A stretch of DNA of 53,519 nt from Parvularculaceae bacterium (GCA_041747095.1 JBGTFV010000107.1:1-53519), one strand, 5' to 3'. Numbered from the stretch's first letter, positions 1-8,458 are shown. The notes: generated by a model from the sequence alone, not told the origin. Numbers and translations: made by a program.

Positions 1-98
1 GGGAGCCTCGCTCCCGACGCGCTCGCCACACCTCAAACCATGGACTATGAAAGGGCCAGACTCTCGAAATAAATGAGGGAGCCGAAGGGCTCAGGTCA
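1..98 (+). mobile_element. Right end of an IS3-family (probably IS407-group) insertion sequence: last codons of transposase plus right inverted repeat
   Basis: Frame 1 reads GSLAPDALATPQTMDYERARLSK* (stop 70-72), resembling IS407-group OrfB C-termini. The segment ends ...GAGGGAGCCGAAGGGCTCAGGTCA at 98 (TGACCTG... on the minus strand), a typical IS3 TG...CA terminus. It sits where the neighbouring protein loses its domain signature. Confidence 0.7.
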
Positions 99-1627
99 GC
101 ACCTTTCCATTCATATGAGCTGATGATTTGGCGGTTGTAGATGATATATTTAATGCGGGGATCTCGGCTTGCAATTAACTTATCAACAATTGCACCTGCA
201 TCGCATCCGTTTGCGGGGTCATGGGTGATGTCGATAGCCGTCACGACGCCGAAATCTCCGTCGATGATATGCGGATTGTGATCAGAATCACGGCTCGCAT
301 GGGCAGCGTCACCGATTGTGCCGTCACTCTCGCGGTTTCGATTCGGAAATTGTTCGTCTATTTGAACGCGTAGCGCGCGCAGTGAATCGGCAACGCGCCA
401 TTTCTCTGACGCCTTTTCGGCCTTGCGCTTTCTGGATTCCACCGCGGATGGATCCGGTGGACGATCTGCTTCAGCATCATGGTCGGGATCGTCGACGACA
501 GGTTCATCCTCAATCGAAGATGAGGGGTTCAATCGCATTAACCGCGACTGCCGTTTGGAGCGGTCCGCGCCAGCCTTCTTCGGAACTTTGAGTTCAACGG
601 AGCTGATATTCTCGATCAGCGCGTCGTGACGCGCAAGCAGCTTGTCGATTTCCGATTGTTCGGCTCCGTCCGCTTTGAGCCTTTCAATTTCGCGCGCTAA
701 TTGGTCGGCCTCTCTGCGGAATTTGATATCATTGGCCAGTTTCGCCGCTTCGACGATCGCGTCGATAGCAGCGCTGGATTTTCGTTCTGCACCAAAGAAG
801 CGCTGGAGCAACTCCGCGCTTGCAAGCGTCGGCGTAAACTGTTCCAGCTGTGTTTCTTTGGCCCCATCTAGACTGACGACAACATATGGTTCGTCGCCGT
901 CGTAAAGTTTGCTTTCATCGTTTCGCGCCACCAAACCGCGTCGCGGCGAGAATGTTAGCCCGCTTGCATCAAAACCTGGGCTCGTAAGAATACGAAAAGC
1001 GGCTTCCGGTCGGTCAAAGCCTGGCAATGCAAAATCAAGCGTCTCCGTCCTCGAGAATTCGGCGCGACTTTCAAAGAGACGCTCGCCTATGTCGCCGATC
1101 AGCCGGACAAGTTGGGCGCCAGCAAGGATGAAGCCGGACCACGGCATGAAAATCGGCAATTGCCCAATCGATTGAAACCCATTCGAAATCTCCTTGAATA
1201 GCTCACGAGGGAATCGATCAAAGCCCATTTCGAGCGTCAGCGTCAGCGACGCGTCAGTTACCGCGGGCGTATAAAAAACGAGCGACGTACCCTTATCGAC
1301 CGCGGCTGGCGCCGTCATGGAATGGTGGTGCGGAACGTCCGCAGTTAAAAAGTTGATAGCGCGGGGCGCAGCGTTGAATACTGAATAGGCCTTGATAGCG
1401 GATGTCAGAAGAAAATCGTTTCGACTGTTCTTTCCTGGGAACCGTCCCGTATAAACATGGGCAATACGAATCGTAAGCGGCTTATTGAGGCCGATCGGCG
1501 TAAATTCCGTAGCGCCCCGAAATGAAGCGCTTGCGTTCCTTTTTAATCTTTGAGTTTTGCCTTCGGCCAATTCGGAAAATTGCTTCTGCGAAACGAGGCC
1601 GCGCTCGCTAGCCATCAATACAGGCAT
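99..1627 (-). pseudogene. IS-interrupted ~510-aa gene: unknown N-terminal domain, coiled coil, acidic linker, C-terminal M15-like (Hedgehog/DD-peptidase fold, endolysin-type) domain
   Basis: Hand translation: ATG at 1627 after GGGGAG RBS; the frame stays open to the window edge, so it is absent from the ORF track. C-terminal part WRVADSLRALRVQIDEQFPNRNRESDGTIGDAAHASRDSDHNP...VTAIDITHD...RIKYIIYNRQI resembles phage/actinobacterial Zn-peptidase domains. The expected distal HxH is replaced by IS sequence after SYEWKG. Confidence 0.75.
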
Positions 1628-1832
1628 TAAAGTCTCCCCCAATAATCCCTATCGATGACGCTATCTCTTCATTGAAAAGCTCGCAAGGATTTAGTCCAAT
1701 AGGCGCTGGCCATGTTACTTTGTAGCAGCCTGTCACAGCGGCGCCATGGCAGCGCCGCTTTCCGGGCGAAGCCGACACTGGCGCACAGTGAAAGGAACGC
1801 CCCGGAACGCCGGCAATCGTCCGCATCGTCGG

Positions 1833-3668
1833 TCAAGCCAGGTCGTCCATCCGTGTCCGGGAGAGGTCAAGAACTTCCTTCACGATCTTGTTCGCATTAT
1901 CGGCGAGCGCCATCGCCTTGGGTGCGGATATTCGATTTACCGCAATGCTCAATCGCGCCAGCATATCGTCGATCGCCGCGTCGGCATCAAGGGCGCGCAA
2001 GCCCGCTGTCGTCGCCAGCGCGCGAAAATCCGCCCGCCGCAACTTGTCATCCTTGCCATTGATCTTGAGCGCCAGGCGATCATACTTGAGCTTCGGAAAC
2101 ACGCGCGTCGTCACGGCGTCGTAAAGTGGCGCCAAGCGCACGCTTCGGAACTGTTTGTCGCGCGGCTCTGCGATCTTGAGCAATGCCATGTTTTTCAAGT
2201 GCATGTCGCCGTCGCCGATAAGCCATGCGAACAGCGCTCGCCTGACAAACATGAGCAAATCGTCATTCGGTTCTGTGGAAAGGGGACGAATGGCGCGCGC
2301 CACGCGCTCCATTGTGCCGTCGTATTTCGCGGAAGGCGGCAGATCCAGAACGGAACACATGTCTTCGAGCGCCATCATCCGCGAATCGTCCGGGCCCTCC
2401 CGAATGTCGAATCGTTCAACGACGAGCGCGGGCGGCATCTTGTCTGGCATCGCTGCTAAAGCCGTCGCCGGCGTCTTGAAGCCGGCCGCGCGACCGAGTT
2501 CCATCGCGATCCATTCAACGACCGGCAACGTCTCGAAGCCGCCGGTTCCGGCGGGCTTCAAAATATGCGTGAAGGGCTTGCCGATAGCGGGCGCCAACAC
2601 GCCGGCTGCGTTTAAGTTCATCGGCGCTTTTATCTGCACGCCTGAGAGACGCGGCGTATCCGCACTCTCATAAATCCGCGCCAGATTGCGTTCGAAACTT
2701 TCTTCAAGCTCGCTGCGGCCCGGCCCTTCATACCGGCCGATGAAGACGCCGTCCTTCGCGTAGGCAGCGAGCCGGGTCAGCAGGACGTCCGCCGGCAGGA
2801 CAGCAAGGTCGGCTTTCTTTTCGACGATCGTGATGTTCGACATGTAGCGCTTGCCGGATCGCAATTGCGCGCGCTCGTCTTTGTCCTTGAGGACCTGCTC
2901 CAGCCATCCTTCCGGCAGCAGCGAGACGATGAAGGGGGGTAGCCTTCCGGGCGTGGTCTGGCGAATGAGCGGCGGCCCGTCTCTGGTCGCCGTCCACCGC
3001 CATTCGAATCCGTCATGGGTCAAACGCCCCATGGGCTGACCGTGCCACGCGACGATCAATTGCACCGCCGCTTCGTTTTTTGCAGTAACGGTCGTCAGCC
3101 GCCTTAGGAGATAGCGTTCGGCAGCTTCCGCTTCGCGCAGCCAACCATTCTCGCGGGCAAGAGCCCAAATGGCGTCTGCCGCATTTTTTGCGCTCCGGTA
3201 CTCCTCGATAAGGCGCGCGGCGATGTCCGCCCGCATCTGGTCATTGATGGAGGCCGCGTGCTCGCTACGCAGGCGGAATGCCTCAAGGAAGCGCTGGCGG
3301 ATTGAGGACACTGCAATCCGGAACTCACCCATCCCATCATTGACGACCGCGTCAGCGACGGACGGATGTTCGGGCGCTTCGTTCTGAATGATCTCGAGTC
3401 CCCGAATACGCGTGCGCTGCTTGCGCCTGGCGCTGAGGAACAGTCGCCCGTCTTGCGTCGGTCCAAGCAAGACTGCGCTCGCGCCGGATAGATAAGCAGA
3501 CTTGTAGAGGTATCGCGCGATGCGAACGGCATGCGTCATGACGGTGGCGTCAATGTCGTCGCCAGCGTCCGCGTAGATGCCGCGCATGAGCTGCACGAGT
3601 TTGCCCGTCTCGGCGAGGTAGTGGCTCCTCGCCCGGTCCAGGGTCTCACCGACAAGATGCAGCGGCAT
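1833..3668 (-). CDS. hipA: HipA-family Ser/Thr kinase toxin with long N-terminal AbiEi-like/wHTH extension; no adjacent HipB
   Basis: P-loop RLSGVQIK, catalytic GDGDMHLKN, APLYD, and couple_hipA-like segment (LPPFIVSLLPEGW). N-terminus GKLVQLMRGIY...YLSGASA. Start moved to ATG 3668 (MPLHLV). Confidence 0.88.
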   Translation of the reverse strand: MPLHLVGETLDRARSHYLAETGKLVQLMRGIYADAGDDIDATVMTHAVRIARYLYKSAYLSGASAVLLGPTQDGRLFLSARRKQRTRIRGLEIIQNEAPEHPSVADAVVNDGMGEFRIAVSSIRQRFLEAFRLRSEHAASINDQMRADIAARLIEEYRSAKNAADAIWALARENGWLREAEAAERYLLRRLTTVTAKNEAAVQLIVAWHGQPMGRLTHDGFEWRWTATRDGPPLIRQTTPGRLPPFIVSLLPEGWLEQVLKDKDERAQLRSGKRYMSNITIVEKKADLAVLPADVLLTRLAAYAKDGVFIGRYEGPGRSELEESFERNLARIYESADTPRLSGVQIKAPMNLNAAGVLAPAIGKPFTHILKPAGTGGFETLPVVEWIAMELGRAAGFKTPATALAAMPDKMPPALVVERFDIREGPDDSRMMALEDMCSVLDLPPSAKYDGTMERVARAIRPLSTEPNDDLLMFVRRALFAWLIGDGDMHLKNMALLKIAEPRDKQFRSVRLAPLYDAVTTRVFPKLKYDRLALKINGKDDKLRRADFRALATTAGLRALDADAAIDDMLARLSIAVNRISAPKAMALADNANKIVKEVLDLSRTRMDDLA

Positions 3669-3679
3669 TGTGATCTTCC

Positions 3680-3761
3680 CGTACTTAAAGTACGAGAAAG
3701 TTAGCATTATCCAGGGCCGGATTTCAATAGAAAAGTCCAACTTTCTCGTACCTCAGGTACG
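3680..3761. promoter_or_regulatory. 23-bp inverted-repeat operator pair flanking the putative hipA promoter
   Basis: 3680-3702 CGTACttaaaGTACGAGAAAGTT and the reverse complement of 3739-3761 CGTACctgagGTACGAGAAAGTT. Between them on the minus strand: TTGAAA-N18-TAACTT. Confidence 0.75.
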
Positions 3762-3970
3762 TAAAGGTTAGAGGGGACAAAGGGATCGACTTCGGCGAAT
3801 GAACCAAACTGCCGCACGGAAGTGCTGGTTTTCAGACCCTTAAATCGTATATCTAGCGGTGCAAGCGAGGTAGACGGCGTCTCAGAATCGCAACCAGAGG
3901 TAGGCGTACGGTGTGCACCCATGTTCGACCGGAATGATCGTCCGGTTGCTCGTGTTAGTCCGAAAAACTC

Positions 3971-4090
3971 GGTTCACTTTAGGTTCATTTTCTGGTGGAA
4001 ATCCATGTTTCTTGGTAGTCATCCATGGAATCAAGAAATCAACTAACCCATTGACTATAATAGGAAAAAGCGTATATTATCAATCACTTA
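3971..4090. promoter_or_regulatory. Putative integrase/accessory-factor binding region next to the att site
   Basis: Direct repeats GGTTCA(C/T)TTT (3971, 3982) and ATCCATG (4001, 4021). Inverted TAAnnnATTGA pair at 4044-4054 and 4080-4090, in AT-rich DNA abutting the tRNA fragment. Confidence 0.45.
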
Positions 4091-4106
4091 GAATCGTCTG
4101 TATTCG

Positions 4107-4153
4107 GATTGTGGATCTAGAGGTCGCTGGTTCGAGACCAGCAGGCGGTACCA
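4107..4153 (+). other. tRNA-His(GTG) 3' fragment = island attachment site (attR-like), not a functional tRNA
   Basis: GA-TTGTGGA-TCTAG anticodon arm, T-arm GCTGG-TTCGAGA-CCAGC, acceptor strand AGGCGGT-A-CCA. There is no 5' acceptor strand or D-arm upstream. Confidence 0.88.
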
Positions 4154-4544
4154 CTCCTTCTCTGACATTGCGTCCAACCAGTCCGGATTGGCCGGTGGCC
4201 CGGAGGAGGCCGTACCGCCTCGGGTGTCCTTACCTTATGGCGATGGGTTTCCCCCGCCGCGCGACTTGGCGGTTTCGCGCGCCCGGCATTGGGCGCGGGA
4301 CGATCCACAATGGACACAGTGGATCGAATGGATCGACCTCTTTTGCTTTTGCACGGCCCGCGCTCCAAATGTCACCGACAACAGTGCGACCGCCGCAGGG
4401 GGTGGGGGATAACTTTTTCAGCCGTATAACGCAGATGTGACCCACGGACGCCATGGCCATGGGGTTCCATGTCATCGCCCACTGTTCAGTCGCCGGACTC
4501 GTTTGAGCATTTCGAACTCGCCCCGCATAATCGACTTGCTGTCC

Positions 4545-6038
4545 TCAATATTTTTCACGCGACCCATCTGCTTCCGGAACCATCATCGATACGCCGCGGT
4601 CTTCGGGGTGGTCGTCAAGCGCACGCTCTGTCGAATGGACGCGAACGCGCTCGGAGAAGTAAGCGCTAGAGCCGTCGTCAACAGCGGCGACGAACAGAAC
4701 CGTGTCGCCTTTGACATTATCCGGGACGCGAACTTCGGTCTCAAAGCGCCCGGACGAGTCAGTTCTGATTGCCGAGATTTTCATCAGCGTGTCCCGGCTC
4801 GGCCCGCCATAGATTGCCACCACCGTGTTCGGCGGAAAACCAATGGCCGAAAGTGAGACAGCATCATTCCGGTTAACATCGCTATTGGTTGCTGTCAGCG
4901 TGGCGGCGGATAATGGCTCGCTGCGGCGCTCCAGCAGACCTGGGATGGATTCGTAATCGCTTCTTAAAATCCCACGGCTCTCTTCGGCGAATTCGACCTT
5001 ATACGCGGTTTCGCTCACATAGACCTCGTTTCCGCGTTGCATGCCAAAATAGGCTTCGCTGTTCTGATAATCGTCCGGCAGGCGGATGATTTCATTGATG
5101 TCGCCACGCGCGTCGGCTTCTATCGTGCGAATTTCTGAAAGCCTGTCGCGATGGTCTCCATAAAGAATGACGACCCGCTCACGGTTGCCAAAATTGCCCC
5201 CAACCAATCTGATCTCCCCATCGCGGGGCCCGCGAACTGGCGAAAAAGATACTGTTGGGCGCCGGTCATCAAGCAAGGGCTCGCTATCCGCGCTGTCGTC
5301 AGCTTGGCCGGAATGCGATGCGGTGCGTGCGAATTCCGGAAGATAAACTCGATCGCCTATTTCAAGATTGCGGGGACGGACGTCGGGATTGAGCGTGACG
5401 ATGTCCGGCACGGAGACATTGTATCGCGCAGCAATGTCGCCGAGCGTGTCCCCTCGCTGCACCAGATGAAAATTGCCGCTTTGATTGTCGCCGCGCGCAT
5501 TTGCATTGCGCTGATATGAACCGTCGTCAGCACCGTCGTCAAAACTGGGGTCAATGCCGGGATTAACCGGCTCGGTGCGGTCGAAATTTTGCGCATACCC
5601 TTCATAGATATTGGCGCGCTGTTCCGGGATGTAGAATTGTTGGCCAACAGCGATGTAACGCAGATCGCCAATGTCAGGGTTGGCGGCAATGATTGACGCA
5701 ACGGATACATCACAATACTCGGCAAGATACGATAACGTTTCGCCACGGTTTATTCTTACGACGCGCTCACAATTGCCGTCGAGTTGTTCGGCGCGATCGG
5801 GGGAATACATTCGGTGGGCCTCTCGAGCAGCGTCGATCCCGCGACCTGCACCGCTGTATGGAAAATAGTCGGCGCCACCGATGTTTGAGTCCTCGGATTG
5901 TGCGGGAGAATAATTACCTGAATTTCTGAACCGATCGTCGTTCGCGTAAGTTGCGCAGCCGACAGATGCGAGTGCGAGGATGCTGGTGGCGCCGGTTTGC
6001 TTAATGCGTTTCAAAGTGAAGTTTACGGGCTGACTCAT
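4545..6038 (-). CDS. LysM peptidoglycan-binding lipoprotein (2 LysM domains + 2 Ig-like repeats)
   Basis: Lipobox-like LASVGC. LysM motifs INRGETLSYLA...IIAANP and VQRGDTLGDIAARYNVSVPDIVTLNP. Two related C-terminal beta-rich repeats. Confidence 0.88.
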   Translation of the reverse strand: MSQPVNFTLKRIKQTGATSILALASVGCATYANDDRFRNSGNYSPAQSEDSNIGGADYFPYSGAGRGIDAAREAHRMYSPDRAEQLDGNCERVVRINRGETLSYLAEYCDVSVASIIAANPDIGDLRYIAVGQQFYIPEQRANIYEGYAQNFDRTEPVNPGIDPSFDDGADDGSYQRNANARGDNQSGNFHLVQRGDTLGDIAARYNVSVPDIVTLNPDVRPRNLEIGDRVYLPEFARTASHSGQADDSADSEPLLDDRRPTVSFSPVRGPRDGEIRLVGGNFGNRERVVILYGDHRDRLSEIRTIEADARGDINEIIRLPDDYQNSEAYFGMQRGNEVYVSETAYKVEFAEESRGILRSDYESIPGLLERRSEPLSAATLTATNSDVNRNDAVSLSAIGFPPNTVVAIYGGPSRDTLMKISAIRTDSSGRFETEVRVPDNVKGDTVLFVAAVDDGSSAYFSERVRVHSTERALDDHPEDRGVSMMVPEADGSREKY

Positions 6039-6091
6039 ACAAAACTCCCCGCCGGTGTGAACGCCGGCAACTGGTCGCCCTCCACCTTAAA

Positions 6092-6116
6092 AACGATTTT
6101 GTTGGAGTTTTGTTCC
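6092..6116 (-). promoter_or_regulatory. EcfG/SigT-type promoter of the LysM gene
   Basis: Minus strand GGAAC-aaaactccaacaaaat(16)-CGTT, a perfect consensus match ~54 nt upstream of the ATG. Confidence 0.8.
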
Positions 6117-6214
6117 GCTTACAGTCCAGCTGGGTACGGATGATATTTCTGTAACACGCAAGATTTGCGCGCGAGGTTTGCTCCCCACAGCTGCGAGTGC
6201 ATTCGCTCGTCGCC

Positions 6215-6688
6215 TCAGGCGGGCATTCGCCCGTTTGCGGCGCGGGTATTCTTGTCTGCTTCAACGGCCAGCATCGCAGCGCCAACTGCAGTAGCGACCC
6301 CGAGCATGGTAATTGGGCGGCGCGCGACAAGACCAATGAAAGCGGTACGCGCGACCTCATTCAACTTGGATGAAACAATCGAGCTGGTGGCTTTGGAGAT
6401 CGCTTGATCCGGCTCCCTGGCGTCGATTTTCTCGGCAGCAGTAGCCGTTTCGGTATCAGTCTCCGAGTTCCGGCCAAAGAAGACATAGGAACCGATAAGC
6501 AGCGTTGCCCCGATCAGGATTGCGGCCGCGCCTTCGCTCATCCATCTGCTCAGTTCGGACTGGATGCCGATGCACACAAAGGCGACCCCGATGAAGGCTA
6601 ATCCGCCGAACGTGACGGCGGTTTTCACCGCCGTCATTGCGGGCGCGCCGACATGTTTCATCAAAGTGGCTTTAATCGGCGGCGCCAT
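6215..6688 (-). CDS. Small membrane protein, YqjE/phage-holin-like, co-transcribed with the DUF883 gene
   Basis: Two N-terminal TM segments and a C-terminal hydrophobic tail; starts 2 bp after the DUF883 stop. Confidence 0.6.
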   Translation of the reverse strand: MAPPIKATLMKHVGAPAMTAVKTAVTFGGLAFIGVAFVCIGIQSELSRWMSEGAAAILIGATLLIGSYVFFGRNSETDTETATAAEKIDAREPDQAISKATSSIVSSKLNEVARTAFIGLVARRPITMLGVATAVGAAMLAVEADKNTRAANGRMPA

Positions 6689-6690
6689 TT

Positions 6691-7011
6691 CTATCTCCGG
6701 AACATCATGAGTGAGAGAAGAGCGCCGGCCGCCATCGCGATGCCGATAGATGCGACGGGTTGGTCAGCGACCCTTCTGCGAAGAATGGCTGCGCCGTCGG
6801 CATAAAACGCCTTCATGTCTTTTGTGACTTCGTCCGTTTTGTCCTGCAAATCATGGAGGACATCCTTGCCCTTCTCCATTGCCGAGGTCCCGACGTCATG
6901 AATGACGTTATCTACCTTTTCCGCCATTCCTTTGGCAGAGCCGCCACGGCCGTTCGTGTCTCCTTCGAATTTTTTATCGGTCGGTTTATCCGTTGGTGTT
7001 GTGTATTGCAT
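6691..7011 (-). CDS. DUF883 (ElaB/YqjD family) tail-anchored stress protein
   Basis: Charged helical body with C-terminal VADQPVASIGIAMAAGALLSLMMFRR. ATG 7011 follows AGGAG. Confidence 0.82.
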   Translation of the reverse strand: MQYTTPTDKPTDKKFEGDTNGRGGSAKGMAEKVDNVIHDVGTSAMEKGKDVLHDLQDKTDEVTKDMKAFYADGAAILRRRVADQPVASIGIAMAAGALLSLMMFRR

Positions 7012-7059
7012 GGTGAATCTCCTGGGCACGCGCGGGTGTGCCGGTTGCTGCACGGAGAT

Positions 7060-7084
7060 AACGCCTCTCACCGGCATACGTTCC
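7060..7084 (-). promoter_or_regulatory. EcfG/SigT-type promoter of the DUF883 operon
   Basis: Minus strand GGAAC-gtatgccggtgagagg(16)-CGTT. Confidence 0.82.
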
Positions 7085-7103
7085 ATCGAGTGGAAATCAT
7101 TCC

Positions 7104-7130
7104 GGAACCGATTGAGCGTCGCGGCGTTCC
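7104..7130. promoter_or_regulatory. Overlapping bidirectional EcfG-type promoter motif
   Basis: Plus strand GGAAC-N16-CGTT (7104-7128). Minus strand GGAAC-N16-GGTT over the same bases. Confidence 0.6.
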
Positions 7131-7223
7131 GGCCGGTCAAAACTCATCGGGTAAAAAACCATTGAGAAAAACCTCGATCCAACAGGCCGGGACCTGGCTC
7201 TAAGCATGGCCTTTGAAAGCGTA

Positions 7224-8021
7224 TTAGCATGGCGGCTGATCGAGGCCATCGCTTGCTAGATCGCCGGCGTCCTCGGAAACTATTTTGGTCTTATTGGCGG
7301 CATCGCTATAGGCATTCCCGGCGCGGTCATTGGCGGGTGATTTTCTGGTGGGCTTGGCAATTTGACCGGAACGGAGAACCTCGGCTCGATCACCGGCGGC
7401 CCTGACGCACTGTTGTCCATTTTTCGCTTCATCCGGCGCGCTGGATCGCATCAAGGCGGCGGCTTGTTTCTCGCGTTGAAACTTTGCGTAGACGCCGCTC
7501 TGAATGACCGGGGCCAACTCGGACGGGATGCGCACGCCTTGGCTGTCGGCGGCTTCCAATAGCCGCGACCGGGCGCGCGATAGACGTGAGCGGACGGTCC
7601 CGGTCGGGATTGCCAGTTTTTTGGCCGCCTCGCGATATTTCAATCCTTCGAAGGCAATCATCAAGATCACTTTTTGATCGTTTGCGGAAAGCGTGCTCAA
7701 AGCTCCGATAACGGATTTATATTGCAGCTTGATGTCCTGCTCGGCGTCGACCGCGCCCCATCCTGCATGGGCGTCATCAAGGAGCACATCTACGCCCCGA
7801 GACTTCCGCTTTCTGATTTCATTCAGAAACAAGCGACGACAGATCGTTGTCAGCCACGCACGCAGATTGACGCCGTCAAACAGATGCGACTTGTTCAACG
7901 CCCTCTCCACACAGTCCTGAACGAGGTCGAGCGCCTGGTCGTTATTTCGGGTGAGGGAGTTTGCGTAGCGATAGAGCCCGGGAAGGCACGTCTCTAGCTC
8001 GGCTGGATCTAGATGGCTCAT
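7224..8021 (-). CDS. ECF sigma-70 factor (EcfG-like core) with ~100-aa C-terminal extension
   Basis: Region 2 LYRYANSLTRNNDQALDLVQD...NLRAWLTTI and region 4 YREAA...GTVRSRLSRAR. ATG 8021 follows AAGGAGG. Confidence 0.9.
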   Translation of the reverse strand: MSHLDPAELETCLPGLYRYANSLTRNNDQALDLVQDCVERALNKSHLFDGVNLRAWLTTICRRLFLNEIRKRKSRGVDVLLDDAHAGWGAVDAEQDIKLQYKSVIGALSTLSANDQKVILMIAFEGLKYREAAKKLAIPTGTVRSRLSRARSRLLEAADSQGVRIPSELAPVIQSGVYAKFQREKQAAALMRSSAPDEAKNGQQCVRAAGDRAEVLRSGQIAKPTRKSPANDRAGNAYSDAANKTKIVSEDAGDLASDGLDQPPC

Positions 8022-8423
8022 AAAATGCCTCCTTTTTCGGATCGTCGCAGCGTCGGCGACTTGTTCAAGGAGAGGCGCGTTGCGGTCCGCCATAGGCAGC
8101 GCATGACGGTGCAGAACGCCTGACCTCTCACCGCATTTGTTAACCTTTGCGATGGAGCCGGGGGAGGATCGGATGTTACCCAATCGCGGGTATCGAGCTG
8201 GCTTTCCGGCCTCACGGCGAGGGGCTTGCGACGGCGCGACTGCGATCATTTTTAATCCGTCCGTTAACGGATGTTAATGGCGTAATCGCTGGAATGAGTA
8301 GATTCCGAGACTGTTTGCTCGTGTTAACCGCTGATACGTTTTTGATTGCGGCGCCCACCGCAACTGGCGGTAACTGTGATGCATGGCACGCTCTCGCCCA
8401 TCATGCTTCGCTAACGCCAAAGA

Positions 8424-8458
8424 GCCGCTGACCTCACTTGGTGGGGTCAGCGGTTTTT
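8424..8458 (+). terminator. Intrinsic terminator with no plus-strand gene upstream
   Basis: GCCGCTGACCTCAC-ttg-GTGGGGTCAGCGGT followed by TTTT. Confidence 0.75.

Noticed and set aside
316-1175. Four plus-strand ORFs in the track
   Set aside because: Antisense shadows of the real minus-strand gene at 99-1627.
4075-4153. Complete tRNA-His gene
   Set aside because: No 5' acceptor strand or D-arm; the anticodon stem pairs only partly. It is a 3' fragment.
4211-4221. GTACCGCCT, reverse complement of the tRNA 3' end
   Set aside because: Only 9 bp and part of a small local hairpin; could be chance.
4295-4425. TGGAC/TGGAT iterations and a G-run resembling origin or cos remnants
   Set aside because: Repeats are too short and irregular, and no replication or packaging gene is nearby.
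8252-8277. Full CtrA boxes
   Set aside because: TTAA spacings are 8 and 6, not the canonical 7.
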